Below, one piece after another: positions 24,190 through 42,567 of a stretch of 47,295 nucleotides of DNA (position 1 is its first letter; each line of letters starts with the position of its first letter). Made by a program: the position numbers and the translations under genes. The stretch lies in contig CAXUUL010000004.1 in NCBI GenBank assembly GCA_964255285.1, positions 62,001 through 109,295 on the forward strand, given 5' to 3'. The DNA comes from Ionaspis alba. Its lineage: Eukaryota. A model generated the notes under the pieces. It searched no databases and was not told the DNA's origin. It saw nothing but the letters and a program-made list of their open reading frames with translations.

Positions 24190-24962
24190 CGAAGCTGTTG
24201 AAGCTGATGTGAATTGGGCCGCGACCCGATGTAGAGACGAAATGGAGCTCTAATAGCGACGGTTGGGTTGTTCTTTTGAGTTGTTAAACTCTCTACTGTA
24301 CAACACCATTGTTCACCCGACGCCGGAGCTACAAAATGTACCCACCGCACAACAAAAAGTGATGGAGGAAAATGCACTAGCGATTCGCTACCACAAAGGT
24401 GGGGCTCCGCGCTTCTCTCGGCTTTCGGCCATGTGCATTCCCATTTGCGGTATATGACGACCTTATTGGGGATGTTCTAAACGCTCTGTGGTGACAACGA
24501 GCGCAGACATGCGATTCTACAAATACCATACGGAATTTTACATACCAGCTTCTTGACGCATTTCATCATGAAGGGGTTTCTCGTACGCTTTGCTTGGCGG
24601 GGTAGACATTGACTTTCATCGACAGGGGTAATCGGTGAGTGATGATGTCATGCATTCATGTGTGGTCGAATCCTTTGCTCCTTTCGCACTGTCTCGGACC
24701 TATGGCGGCCCGAGCAGGGACTAGAGGCTCGGAGATTGCTCCGTCGCCTGCTTGTGCTCCATCACCCAGTGCCAAAGTGTGGAGGTCAAACGACAACGAA
24801 CATCAAGTCTCATACACACTAATGAGTTGCCTGCTCTAGATATGAATACAGTGCTATCCTTCAGTACCTCGTAAAGTGCTTGTACGGTAACTTTTGCACA
24901 ACGTTTGCACTATCGAAATCGTCTCTGAAACCCATCACTTGCTCCACCAGCTCCCATCCTTC

Positions 24963-27900
24963 TCAGTAAGCACCTGCCCTCTTCTTCCACGGTGGACTTT
25001 CCACCAACTTCACCTTCCCATACCCCGTCTGCACGCTTGCCAAATCAACCAACTTCACATCCTCAATCCGATTCCCTCCCTCATCGAATCCCCACAAACT
25101 CATCGCAATCCAATTCCTGCCATGATAATTCAGAATCCCCTCGGGCACAGGGAACACCGTTTGCGGTCCCAAATTATTCACAAACTTGCCGAACTGCCAT
25201 CCGTTCACGTAGAGATTGACCCTGTAGTTCTTCTTGGGTGTTTGCTTGAACTCGAATGCCAGAGGTATATCGTAACCTTTCGGCATATTGAGATCAAAGC
25301 TTGTAGTGAAATGACCGATCCCCGGCCTATTGATCCCCTTAAGCGGACTCCCCTGTTTGAATGTTGCAGACGGCGGTCTGGGCAGATGGTATCCCTGGCG
25401 CTCAGCGAATAATCCACCTTCGTTCAAAGGACCACGGACCCGATCACGGTAGCTTTCACCGCCGAGATTGCCCGTGATTCTCCAGGAAATGGCAGAGGCG
25501 GGTCGGGACGAGAGAGCATAGGAGACGATACCACGGGGATACTTCGACATATCACTGCCAACGACAAAATCTTCGTCCAAGCCCATGTTGTCCACAATGA
25601 CGGTCAGGGTGTAGGATTTGCCAGATGCGAGAGTGGGGAGCCTGATGTGCTGTGTTGTGGTGTTGGCTTTTGTGCCGGGGGAGCCTGCCACAAGGCGGTC
25701 CTTGAGATAGGTGGACGTCGCGGAGCCATTACCACCCCAAGTTTCGAGAGTGAGGGTTTTCTCGGTGCCTGTGGCGATGAAGTGGCCACGGGTAATGATG
25801 GCGCCAACGTGGAAGCCGTAGTCGCTACTATAGAGGCTGGCTGGGGTTGTCAGCTTGCGGGCAGTATTGTTGCTGGTTGGGTGATTTGCTAGGATGAAGC
25901 CTGAGTCATCATAGTGAGGTTGTACCTCCGGGAGACCGTCGATGTATTTCCAATTCAGATCTTTGAGGGAAGGTAGTATGAAGGTGGGTTTGTTATAGGC
26001 AATTTTACCAATCATCACGCCAGCGAAGCCCATAGTGACAGGAACATGTTTTCCGTTAAAGGTCAGCGAAGGTTCTTTGCTTGGTGCTCCCCCTATAACT
26101 TCGATGGCAGTAGTTGCATTGACGTCACCCGTCAGTGCCAAAGTGTTGCCACGATACGAAGCCGTACGGAGGAGGTAGCCGGCTCGTACGATGACAGATT
26201 TGGCGGATGGACTAGTGTATTTTGATACTGGTGCTGGTCCAGGGATGTCAAGCACCCAGTAGTTGTAGGCATCATTGCGACCTGTATGCCTCCAAATTAG
26301 AAAATCGTTTCGCAGGTGATGTCACAGTAGAATACCTAGTAGATAAACATAGAGATTCTTCCCTCCTCGTACCATCTTACGGGAAGAATTGACAGTCCAA
26401 TTGATCGTGGTGAGTCCATCCTTCTGGTTGATGTGGAGACCATCGCCTTCTGCAATGTGGTAATCAGAGGTACCCTCGAAGGCAACCTCATGCTGTTCCC
26501 CAGAACCTCCATAGAGTACCAGGACAGTCTTGTCAGTATACTTCTTCCTAAAAATCCCTTGATTAGTCCTTTGGAGTCTAAGGTTTCGATGACGAGGCAG
26601 CTTCCTTTGTGCTTACCATGTAAATATTTCAGCCGTAGAATAAACCATATTGATGCCTCCTATATCGTAATCTGTGATGTGTATCTTGGAGTCTCTTCCG
26701 TTGATCGTGAGGGTTTCGCTAAGTCGTGGAATGTCGAATTTCCCAATGCTCGTTGAAACGATCAACCGGTAGTTCTGCGATGCCATGCTGTTATATCGCG
26801 CTTGTCTCACGACATAAAATGCAGTGACTTTCCCGTTCTTCAGCTTGCTGGTAAGGCGCGTGGTGGCGATGGCCTTGGTGTTCACGTAAGTGCCATTGGT
26901 CGTCTTCTCGGGTACTGCTGTCAGATACGCCGGGGAAACTTTGATGAAATTGGCTTGCAACTTGACCTCGCTATACTTCTCTCTCGAAACCAAGCGAGCT
27001 TCTGTGATTGCAGCTCCATAATCATAGCTGGTGTAACCACCAGGGTGTCCAACATTGAAGGCATTGGTCTGAAAAACTTAGATTTGGCAACCATCTTGGC
27101 GAACAAAATAACTCACCCCACCATAGATCTTATCAAAGTCAGAGATCATTGTTGATGAGAAGGATATTGGAGATTACCATGTAGAGATTGAAGATAGTAA
27201 TGCCCGCCGCATAATTATTTTTGAAAAATACCCGCTCAAATTGTTCGTTGAGTAGGGTAGTGCATTTCGCAAAGCCTTGGCCTCCCCAAGGATCTATTTC
27301 GAGATCAGTGAATAATACATTGATTTGTCTGACAGCTAGCTATACCGAAAGACCCTCCTTGGAACTCTGTGATAGAATACGGCGTGGTTGGACTTTGCTG
27401 TCGATGAAGCTCTAGAAAATTGCTTGGCAGAGCGCCATCAGGCCAAGTATAAGGATTTTGGCAGTCAAATCCTAACGGATAGGCATCGTGAGAGTAAAGG
27501 TCTACCGCACCTTCCCCAGTGCCCGGAGCGAAAAGGCCTTTCGGAGCTGCATCATTACTGATCAAAGGAACCACGATACCAGCTTTCCTAAGCTGATCCT
27601 CCACTGCTTGGAAGTAGGCTTTGTCTGGAAATTTAATGCCGGGAACAGGATATGTATATCTGAAGCAGATCAACAAGAGGGCTCGAAACCGTTTGCAGGG
27701 GCGTCATACTCGTTTTCTGGCTGGACCAATATGATAGGGCCCTCATTGGTAATCTGAGCCTTGGCAAGAATTTGGCCAATATTCTTCATGTAGTTCTCTG
27801 TGTACTGGACGAATTCAAGCGTCCGTTCGTGGACCTTAAATCGCTGTAACCACCCGGGGAAGCCGCCGCCTGATACTTCCGCGTTGATGTACGGACCTGG

Positions 27901-28296
27901 TCTTGCTATCAGGTATACCCCAGCGTCGCTAGCGGCTCTGAAGAATTCTTCGAACGCAAAGACACCATTGGCAGTGAAATCGCCTTGCTTGCCTTCAAGA
28001 AGAGCCCAGTCAACGTAGAAGCTCACAGCACTAAAGCCCAAGGCTCTGACCTTCTGGAAGACATCAAGCCAAAGACTGGGCACGGGAAGTCGAAAGGGGT
28101 GGAATTCTCCACTAAAGATCATGATCCTTTCGCCTCTAATCATAACAGAGTGTTGGTCCCACGTGACGATGTTCTGGAGAAGAGCATGTTTAGGACTGAT
28201 CATCTGCGAAGGTTTCCCACCTGTGACGAGCCCAGAGGTCTGACATTTTGCACATGCTAGTAGCAGAATCCCCAAGAGGAACTTTAGAAAGACCAT
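24963..28296 (-). CDS. Secreted GH35 beta-galactosidase (lacA type)
   Basis: Signal peptide, [36 protein letters not shown] acid/base motif, EFQGG nucleophile motif and C-terminal YVNGWQFGK...PVPEGILN. Multi-exon. Alternative ATG at 28317. Confidence 0.95.
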
Positions 28297-29089
28297 TGTA
28301 ATTGTTGTAGATTGCAAATTGGAAGACGGAAATGTAGGCAGGAGGCAAACCGGAGAAACAGATCAATTGAGGTCAAGTGTCTTGCATTATATACAAATGA
28401 TTGTAGGGTGCCGATCCCTCCAGGGTCAATTATCTTTTCTCTTCCCCTCTCTCGGGCGAGAGAGTTGAAAACACAGGTCGTAAAGGATGACCTACATGGT
28501 GCAGATACATGCCCAACGGCAACCAGGATATTGCAGCGGTCAAACAGGGTTCCCCACACTCTAGAAGGAGTTCGTCCGCTTCTAGCATGAGCCAAAGCAT
28601 TTGCTTGAATCAGTAGCCGACAGGTAGCCGGACAGTCCCTACTCTGTTCAGCACACTTGGATGGACATAAAGTCAAACCCACGGCTTCAGTCGGAAATCT
28701 TATAGATGCCTAGACAACGATGCATCGTGTGTAAGGGTCCTTTTCTGCCGCTTGCGGTCATCGGCATGATCTGATGGACTCCCTCCGCCTATTTGCCTAC
28801 ACTTCTGGCTCGGCAGCGGCTCTCGATCTCCCAGAGCTCGTCAACAGGAAGCGATCTGCTTTCCCGATTCTTTGCAGTGCCCTCCAGATACCATATCAGT
28901 TATACCAGTCCGTTCGTGATGGAGTGATTCTGGAATTTGTCGTTGCAGCTGGGTGACTAAAATCGCTTACCAACAGCTGATTAATTCCTCGTCCTTCGGC
29001 AGCTGTCAAGAGCCTTGGGTTTCGTTTTTGCGTGCGGGCGGGCATATAATCTTATGAAGTACATTGCATGGATATGGCAACACCACTAC

Positions 29090-29778
29090 ATGCGGCGCTT
29101 TCCAGCTGTCCTTTCATGTCAGCCATATCTACAACCTTTGCAACGTGCCCAGCTCCTCAACATCTCTCCTCGACATTATTCTACAATGACACAATCCGAG
29201 CAATCACCACCAGATATGGCAACAACGCAGCCCAAATTGTCGGCAGCAGACTTCGCAGTATACAATCGCATGGCTGAGGGCATGGACTATTTCCATTCTC
29301 ACTTCCGTACAACCTGGAGAATGCTCTATGCGGCGGCTTCCAGTGGCAAACGCCCAGCTGGTATGTCAATACGGCAATTCATCGCATCGGCAGAACGATT
29401 CTGTCACCAACTCACAATGCATCATTCTATCGAAGAGCAGCACATCTTTCCTGTGAGTCGTTTTGTGATCAAGGGACGACCGCCAAACAGCGACTAACTT
29501 CGATTTAGATACTCGCTGTAAAGCAGCCCGCCTTCCGCAAGGAGCTAGAATTGCTCACTCACCACAAGCGCATACACGAAGGCCTAGAAAAGCTCGAGGA
29601 CTATGTGAAAAATTGTAGAACTGGCGAGAAGGACCTAAGAATGGATGAGATGAAGATCCTAATGGACGGCTTCGGAGACGTGTTGTGGGAGCATTTGGAT
29701 GCTGAAGTCAAGGAGCTAGGCGCGGAAAATATGCAGAAGTACTGGACATTACAAGAGATGAAACGAATGCCTATGTGA
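29090..29778 (+). CDS. Hemerythrin/HHE cation-binding domain protein
   Basis: YNRMAEGMDYFHSHFR, LTMHHSIEEQHIFP, HKRIHEGL, LWEHLDAEVKELGAENM. Intron 29453-29508. Start uncertain (29090, 29186 or a later Met). Confidence 0.88.
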
Positions 29779-30596
29779 TGGAGAAACATGGTAACGGAGT
29801 CGGTCCCTTCGCACTATGTCTCAGAGAGATTTCTGGTGAATACATCTTGAAGGCGAAACTTCTTTTCGACCTGGAAAGAATTTTAATCAATCAAAGAAAA
29901 AAAAAATTCTTCTCATAAAAGTCAAGTGTCAACATCGAATAGTGAGACATCTGCCCGATATGCTTGTCCAACTGAAGAGCTCGGATCGTTCCATCCCGAG
30001 AATTAGAAAGATACCCTGTCTGCAAATTCCTGTGATAACCATCTTCATCTCATAACGAACAATCTGCAGTGCCTGATCTTTTTCCTGCTGAGTTTGGCAC
30101 TTGTTGGTACAGTGACGGTGGTTCCAACTCGATTGACGAGGGTCCCCACTAAGACTGCCAACCTCCCCTCACCGCGGGTCATAGACAGCCAAAAGTCTGC
30201 GGTACAACCACAAACACTTCGGATTGCCATCTTGGTTACTTGACAGAAGTACACTCAGCCGAGTAAAACTTCGCCACCCATCTCGTAGCTTCGGGGTCGA
30301 TTTCAAAGCGCTATACCTGACATCCATCAACTTGGCGTGGGTCGAACCCTCCCAGATCCGGGAATTCCTCACACAACTGAAGCTTGGTCAATACCGCGTT
30401 GCTTCATAGCCCTTGACACGTCACACTTAGCACGAAGACGTTGCGGAGGTTGTGATTACAGTGACAGCCTATTGTTGAGGCCGGAGACGATATCAGCGCC
30501 ACTCAGCGGCAGCGGAAAACTTGGACTCGAAGCCCGCCTGGTTTTGACCATATCTTTTCCTGGCCTGCTGGCCTTGTGCTCAAGGTTACCGCAATC

Positions 30597-34586
<3,990 letters not shown>

Positions 34587-34996
34587 GACTAGACATCGGT
34601 TTCACGGAGGTCGAGCAATGAGGTCAGGGGCTGGTCGAGCTGGGAATTGGAGAGATTAGGAGGAGTTTGGGACATATAGATGGAAGGACGGGGAGGATGG
34701 GAAGATGAGAGCTTTGAGGGACCCCAGCGTTTTCGGCCTCACGCCCATACATGATGGCTCCAAGGGCTGACACCAATGCGCCTTGACCCGGTGAACCTCC
34801 GACCGCCTTACAGTAACACATGATAGAACGCGGTAATGCTTGATTGAGACATTTCCATACACTGTCAGATATGCTTGTACAAAGCTTCCAACACGGTCTA
34901 CATCTCGACTTTTCGTGAAATATCGTTAGCCCGTGGCTGGGAATCTATCACACCACTCTGACCATGTTTAAACACAAAGAGTACACATCACCCATT

Positions 34997-36998
34997 TCAA
35001 TGCCCATGCCCATCATCCTCCCCACCACCCCTCTGTTCCGGATCCAGCTTGATAAGCGTATCGATCCGCATGATAGCCACACAAGCCTCGACCGCGCTCT
35101 TCAACTGCCTCACCTTACTCATACTGGGTTCCAGCACGCCCGCCTTAACACTGTCGACGACTTTCCCACGAGTGAGATCCAGACCGTAGTTCTTATAGTT
35201 CTTTTGGCGGGCGACGTCCTTTTCGGAAGAAGAGAGAGCATCCCCGTCGGCGATGCGTTGGGAGAGAGCGTGTCGGGAGCGGAGCTGGGCAACTAGTTCG
35301 GAGGAGTCGAGAGCGGCGTTGTTGAGGAGGGTGAGGGGGACTGTGAGCAGGGATGCGGCGAAGGCGCCGATAGCTGGTTGTTCACGGGAACCCTAGGTAG
35401 GTTGTCAGGGAGGGTCCGAACAGGAGGTGGAAGGAAACGGAGGGGGTTAGAAATCAGTTACAGGTTTGGGTAAGACTTACCACCGTGCCAGCGAACTCTT
35501 CTAGATAAATGTGCAGTGCTGTTTCAACTGCACCGCCGCCAGGTACTATACTCCCGCTTTCAAGGGTTCGCTTGACAGCTGACAGAGAGTCGTGGATTGA
35601 ACGTTCCATCTCGTCAAGTTGGTAGTCGTTCGAGCCGCGGAGGATAATGGATGCTGAGGTATGGACTTTGGTACCTTTGACGAGAATGCATTCGTCGTCT
35701 GAGATCTTCTCTTGAGAGACTTCCTCCGCATGGCCCAGAGACGAAGCCTCGAACTTCTCGTCGCCGTTGAGATCGGACAAAGAGCTTATCAGGGTGGCGC
35801 CAGTAGCTCTTGCTATCCTTCGCAGATCTTCCTTCTTGCACCGCCGGACAGCCATGGCGCCTTTCTCGATGAATTGCTTGAGGACAAGATCGTCGATGCC
35901 TTTTGTTGTAAGGACGACGTTGGCACCGGCCTTGAGGATCATTGCCACTCGCTCCATGACCATACCTGATTCTCGCTGCCGTATTTGCTCAAGTTGTTGA
36001 GGATCATCTATGGTAATGTGCACGCCTAACTTCATCCTCTCCTTTTGCAGGTTCATGTCGAGACAGGCAATCTTGGCATCCGTTATCCTGGTCTTCATCG
36101 CTTGTGATGCAACTGTGCAATTCAGAGCGTAACCCTTCACTAAGATCGACTCCAATGAGCTCTTGCCGTGTGCCTTGAGAACATTCACAGCCTTCACCGG
36201 GTATTTTGTCTCGTTGCGTGTATTTGTTGTCTTGACCGACTGCATAGCGTCGACGGCCATATTTGCGAAGAAGTCCGAGTCGGACCCGATGATTTTACTA
36301 GACATTGACGTTTTGGCAATATTGATCAGAGACTCTCTTCCTAACTGCTCGACCTTCACACTAATATTCTCGTTCATGTACTTCACTGCCTCTCGTAATG
36401 CTAACCTATAGCCTGTGATAATGGTTGTAGGATGTATTCTGTTCTTTATGAGCTCATTCGCTCTTCGAAGAAGCTCTGATGCTATCAAGACAACTGAAGT
36501 AGTACCATCTCCGACCTGACTAATAATCAGCAACATCAGAGTTCCCTGGACTAGTTAGGCGTACCTCTTTATCCTGTTGCTGGGCCAGATCAACCAATAT
36601 TTTGCCCGCAGGATGCTCGATATCGAGTAGGCTTAGGATTGTGGCTCCATCGTTTGTCACGGTGACATCCTGCTTCCATCAGATCTTTCCTCCTACATAC
36701 ATCTCTGGTTCCAACGTACTCCGATATCGTCCACCATCATTTTGTCCAACCCCGAGGGCCCGAAAGAGCTTTTAACGACGTTCGAGATTGCTTGCGTCGC
36801 AAGCACTGCTTCCTCTTAGAATCCAAATCGTAGGAAGCCCACAAATTGGTCTGTTACCATTTTGATCTCGAACATCGGCCCCACTGATCTTGGTTCCTCC
36901 CAGAACTGGAAGAAGAATTAGTTCTGGCAGAAAACCGTCTCTCGGAATGGCTTACACAACGTCCCCGCGTTTCGAGGTTGCTCAAATATATTCGACAT
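34997..36998 (-). CDS. TCP1: T-complex protein 1 subunit alpha (CCT1)
   Basis: [61 protein letters not shown]. Ends EDDGHGH*. Multiple introns. Confidence 0.96.
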
Positions 36999-37456
36999 GT
37001 TGCTGGGGTCGGAGGAATTCTGAGTGGCCTGCAGGTTACCTTGTGCTCCAACCTAGAGCTCCAGAAATTTTGTCTGAGTCGAAGCTCGGGGACGCGACAC
37101 GCTAACGGTGCAGCCCTATAGTCTATCCCTGGCGCCGCATCCCACCTCGCATTGATTGACACATTCTCCCCGCGTGCCTCAATGCCCTCATAGCCTGACT
37201 CTTTCACACTGACTCATACGCTGCGACTGTTACATTGAGATATCCTCGCTGATATACCAAAGGTCAAGCTTTACCATGGACTTCCATCACTGATTCTCAT
37301 TGTTTATTGTAACCGTCAACTCTGTGCACCGACTCTCAGCACCAACACTGATCTTTGACTTTCATTGCTCTACGTTCTTGACTCACATAACTACTGATAC
37401 ATGACAGTGCGCCATAAAAGAAGCCGAGAGTACGCCCTTATTCTTACTCTGCAATC

Positions 37457-39418
37457 ATGGCAGACTCAACAACTGAAGCCCAGCAAGCAATGGCGTCCAC
37501 AAAGATCACCGACGACACTACCACCAATGAAAACAAGCAGACCGAGTCACAAGAACCCTCGAAGAACGCTCTGAAGAAAGCCGCCAAGCAGGAGAAACTG
37601 GCAGCTGAAAAGGCGAACAAGTCATCTTCGAGCACACTCAAGGAAGCAGGGAGAGCGGAAGCCAAGAAAGCTGTGAATAAGGCTCCAAAGAAGAAGATAG
37701 AAGGGGCGGCTCTGATTGGCATTGACGTATCAAAAGAGGATGATTTCTCTGGCTGGTATCAGCAGGTGCTTACAAAAGGCGACATGCTCGACTATTACGA
37801 TGTATCGGGGTGCTATATCTTGAAGGTGTGCTTCGTTCCCTGAAGCGGCTAGTTCGTTGACTAATTCCGACATAGCCCGCGTCATTCTTCATATGGGAAG
37901 AGATACAGACATGGTTTAATAAAAGGATAAAGGCATTGGGTGTCAAGAACTGCTCATTTCCCATGTTTGTATCGCAAGATGTCCTAGAGCGGGAAAAAGC
38001 ACACATAGATGGTTTTGCGGCTGAGGTGGCTTGGGTAACGCACGCGTAAGCAGAGGTTACAATACTTCAGTCAATGCGATCGATAAGCTAACCAATTGGA
38101 AAGAGGAAACACTCCTCTGGAAAAGAAGATCGCCATTCGTCCTACCTCCGAGACAGTGATGTACCCTTATTATGCCAAGTGGATTCGAAGCCACAGAGAT
38201 CTTCCCTTGCGACTGAACCAGTGGAACTCGGTTGTCAGATGGGAGTTTAAGCATCCGCAGCCTTTCCTACGAACTCGCGAGTTCTTGTGGCAAGAAGGCC
38301 ACACTGCGCATCTTACGAAGGAAGGAGCTGGAGAGGAAGTTCTACAGATCCTAGAGTACTATGCAGGCGTATACGAAGAGCTGCTCGCTGTTCCTGTGAT
38401 CCGTGGTACGAAGACGGAGAAAGAGAAGTTCGCCGGTGGACTCTACACGACGACGTGCGAGGGATACATCCCAGCGACGGGACGTGGTATTCAAGGTGCG
38501 ACGTCACATTGTCTGGGGCAGAATTTTAGCAAGATGTTTGGAATCACCGTGGAAGATCCCGCTGCGAAAGAAGGAGACAAAAAACCTCCCCTACACGTGT
38601 GGCAGAACTCGTGGGGCCTGTCGACGCGTGTTATTGGCGTCATGGTGATGATCCACGGCGATGACAGAGGCCTCGTTCTCCCTCCAAGAGTAGTCGAGAT
38701 ACAAGTGATCATCGTGCCGGTTGGAATCACTGCGAAGCTGAGTGACGAGACCAAGCAGTCTCTCTACGAGCAAGTCGAAGCTCTGGCCACTGTACTGAAA
38801 GCTGTTGGAGTCCGAGCGGAGACGGACATGCGAGAGTACTCTCCTGGGTACAAGTTCAACGACTGGGAGCTCAAAGGTGTGCCTCTGCGGTTGGAATTCG
38901 GTCCTGGAGAGTCGGAGGGCCACTTCGTGACTACTTCTCGACGAGACATTGCAGGAAAGGAAGGCAAAGGGACAATTCCCATAACCGAGATCAACACACA
39001 GGTTCCTGCTCTTCTCGAAGCGATACAGTCCGATCTCTACAATCGCGCGGACGAAAAGTTTAAATCGCACACCATCAAGGTGACCAACTGGAACGATTTT
39101 GTCCCAGCCTTGAACGCTAAGAATGTAGTGTTGATCCCCAATTGCTTGACCGAGGAGTGTGAGGATGAGATCAAGAAGCTAAGCGCCAGGAAAGAGGTCG
39201 GTGATGATACCCCGGAAGACGCTAAGGCTCCTAGCATGGGAGCCAAAAGTCTGTGCATTCCTTTCGAGCAGCCAGAAGGAATTGTGAAGGGCGAGACTAA
39301 GTGTACGAACCCCAATTGTAAGAAGATGGCAGAGAAATGGTGCTTGTTCGGACGTAAGTGCATTCAGGTTTAGGAAAACGAAACAATGGGACTAACGACC
39401 TTGACAGGGAGCTACTGA
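37457..39418 (+). CDS. Cytoplasmic prolyl-tRNA synthetase
   Basis: DFSGWYQQVL, IAIRPTSETVMYP, QWNSVVRWE, FLRTREFLWQEGHT, QGATSHCLGQNF. The spliced C-terminus reads LFGRSY* (last exon 39408-39418). Confidence 0.96.
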
Positions 39419-40739
39419 TTACACTGCTGAATTTCCTTGACTTCCAGTAAGGGATTTGAGCGTCTTTTTCGAAAAGCGGGCATGAACGGAGCGATGACCT
39501 CTGAGGATGGGGATGGGTTCAGATGAATGGGTAGATTCTCTAGAGCCAACAGCAGGATAGCAGATCACTACTTCAGAGCACGAGCAATAGACTTCGGTTC
39601 CCCTTTGTTCTAAATCCTGATCTACTTGGTATCCCAGCTACACTATTAGCAAAGTACGGATTGAACTAGCGCTCTCTCCCTGCTCGAGTCGTGTGACCAA
39701 CTCTATCAGTGTGGTCTGGACTCGTATGATCCTAACTTCCCGCTTTGCCAGACTATAGCTACAAGTAGCTGGAGGGAAACCATGGTTGATGTGAGTGGGG
39801 GGAATTACTGGCATTTGGCCAGGTACTCAAGCACACAGATCGGGTATGACCAGAGATTGCAGTCACAAGGTGCACAAGAACCTGAGCTGGATATCGATAG
39901 TGAGAAATCAGCATTCTCACCAGAAGAGCGTTCTGTGAGGACGATGTCGTCCTCTATCCTCACACAAAGCACACGCTTGAATCCCTTTGAAGTTCTGCTC
40001 TCGGATATTCTTGCCTAATCGCTTCTGCTCCAAGGGTCCCTGGATCCCCTGCCAAGTAAGACGCCACAGATCAAGCTTTCCCCCTAAAATAGTGGCCGAA
40101 GAGCCGCCCGAACCTTGCGCATGTCCCACTAGCACTGGCTCGTTAGTTGACTTCTCTGACCCCACTAGTTGGAACTTTGAAGAACTCTCCCAATCCAACA
40201 CCAATCATGCTGTCTGAAAGCTTTAATGACAAGCTAGATATGGATTTCCATGCTCGGTGGCTTCGAGAAGAGTTGCCAAATCGAGCATGTGGAAGATCTT
40301 CCCTAGGTCTACCGAGGCACTGTACATTGGCCATGTCCTGACCAAGGGGTTCTCGAAGGCACCCAATGTCTTCTACCAAAATTCTGTCGTTACAACCTGC
40401 ATCAGATGATCAATGTGACTAGAATCTTAAGCCACCGGAGACGAGTACAGACGATCCAAAGCGGAAGGACAGAAGCGCTCCCATGGCAGCAATCATTATG
40501 GCAGGAATGACTGGATAGGATCCTCTCCCCGTGCATGTTTATCTGAGTACCTGTGACATCATGGTCTTGAACTCGGTCAACCTTGAGTAAGGTATGCCTC
40601 GAGTGTGTCTATATGAAGGTCATCCCCTCCCTCATTCACTATCAAGATTGTTGCATAATCAAGTCTCTATTTACCAACATAAAGTCTTTAGTGTCACATT
40701 ATCGCGCCCCCTCCCTCCAACTGTGGGGCTTTGACCACT

Positions 40740-42567
40740 ATGACCTCGACATCTGACAAGGAAGCGGTCCCCGCATCGCCTTCCAGTGCTCAAGGAAGCG
40801 TGGACGCCAAAACGAATGACAAAATCGAGTTGCAGGAAGCAGACTGTCCGGAGAAGCTGGGCTTTGCCTGGCCCTGGTCAAAGAAGTGGTCGATTCTTAC
40901 CGTCATCTTCATTGTCCAAACATCCATGAATTTCAACGCCAGCGCCTACGCCAGCACCATCGAGCCATTGACGCATGAATTTGGCATCAATATGCAAACC
41001 GCCCGAGTCGGGCAGATGGTCTTCTTGATTGCTTACGCCTTTGGATCAGAACTGTGGGCCCCGTGGTCTGAGGAATTTGGCCGCTGGAGCGTCCTACAAC
41101 TCAGCTTACTCTTCGTCAATATCTGGCAGATTCAGTGTGCACTGGCTCCCAACTTTGCTACTATCGTTATTGGTCGTGCTCTCGGTGGTCTTTCGTCTGC
41201 TGGTGGCTCCGTCACTCTGGGAATGGTGGCCGATATGTGGGATGCGGATTCTCAGCAATACGCTGTCGCTTTTGTCGTCTTCTCTTCTGTTGCTGGCTCT
41301 GTGGTTGGTCCCATTGTTGGGTCTGTCATCCAGACGTACCTCTCATGGCGGTGGAACTTCTGGGTCCAGTTGATCTTCGGTGCCACCGTGCAATTCATTC
41401 ACTTCTTCACGCCTGAGACCAGAACGACCATTCTATTGGACAACGAGGCTAAGCGTCTACGAAAGGAGGGAGCCACGAACATCTATGGTCCTGGCGAGAT
41501 GAAGCAGCATAAGCTGACAGTCAAGGAGATTCTGACCATCTGGGGACGACCATTCGAGATGTTCATCAAGGAGCCAATTGTGCTTTTCCTGTCTCTACTC
41601 AGTGGTTTCAGTGATGCTCTGATCTTCACCTTCCTCGAATCCTACAATCCTGTCTTCAAGCAGTGGGGTTTCTCTATCATTCAGACCGGTCTTGCATTCT
41701 TCCCGTAAGTGCCTTAAGTCGACTCCGATGGGCTTATCGTTATTGACCCCCACTAACCATTTCTTTTGTGCTTTGTAGGATTCTAATTGGATATGTCATT
41801 GCCTACCTCTCGTTTATCCCGTTCATTCGTAGGGATATCCAGATCCGACACAAACGGCCAGACACCCTACAGCCAGAATCACGATTGTATTGGCTTTTAT
41901 GGAGTGAGTCTCTATTTATTATGACTAACTGTAAGGACCTTGTCACTGAATACGTCTCTCCACAGCTGCTCCACTCCTCACCATCGGTCTGTTCGGCTTC
42001 GCCTGGACAAGCTTGGGCCCACCAGACGTGCATTGGATTGCTCCATTGATCTTCTCAACTCTCATCGCCATTGCTAACGTATGTTCTCCTCCATTCGCGA
42101 CTGAGTCCCATAGCTGATACTGTACAGTACACCATCTACATGGCTACAATCGATTACATGGTCGCAGCATACGGCCCATACGCAGCATCAGCAACTGGTG
42201 GTAACGCATTGGCACGAGACTTCCTGGCAGGTGTCGCTGCTATGTACGCTGGTCCTTGTGAGTATTCCCCAATTGCACACGACCACCTGTTGTCCTCGAG
42301 CACGTATTAACACACTACCTCACAGTCTACGAAAATCTCGGTCCCAAATTCACTCTTGAGTACCCGACCACCATTCTTGCCTGTCTGGCTTTCGTCTTTA
42401 CCATTCCAATCTACATCTTCTATTGGAAAGGACCAGCTATACGCGAGAGGTCGAAGTTCGCACAGACATTGGCCAGCGACAAGAAAGCTCATCAGGGACA
42501 GCCCGTTGCCACGGAGAGGCCTTCGGAGAAGACTATGGGAAGTAATAATGAGGATGAGAAAGTGTGA
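40740..42567 (+). CDS. MFS multidrug transporter (DHA1 family)
   Basis: WPWSKKW, LWAPWSEEFGR, GRALGGLSSAGGSV, PETRTTILLD, RPFEMFIKEPIV, YGPYAASATGGN, GPAIRERSKFA. Five exons. Confidence 0.92.
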
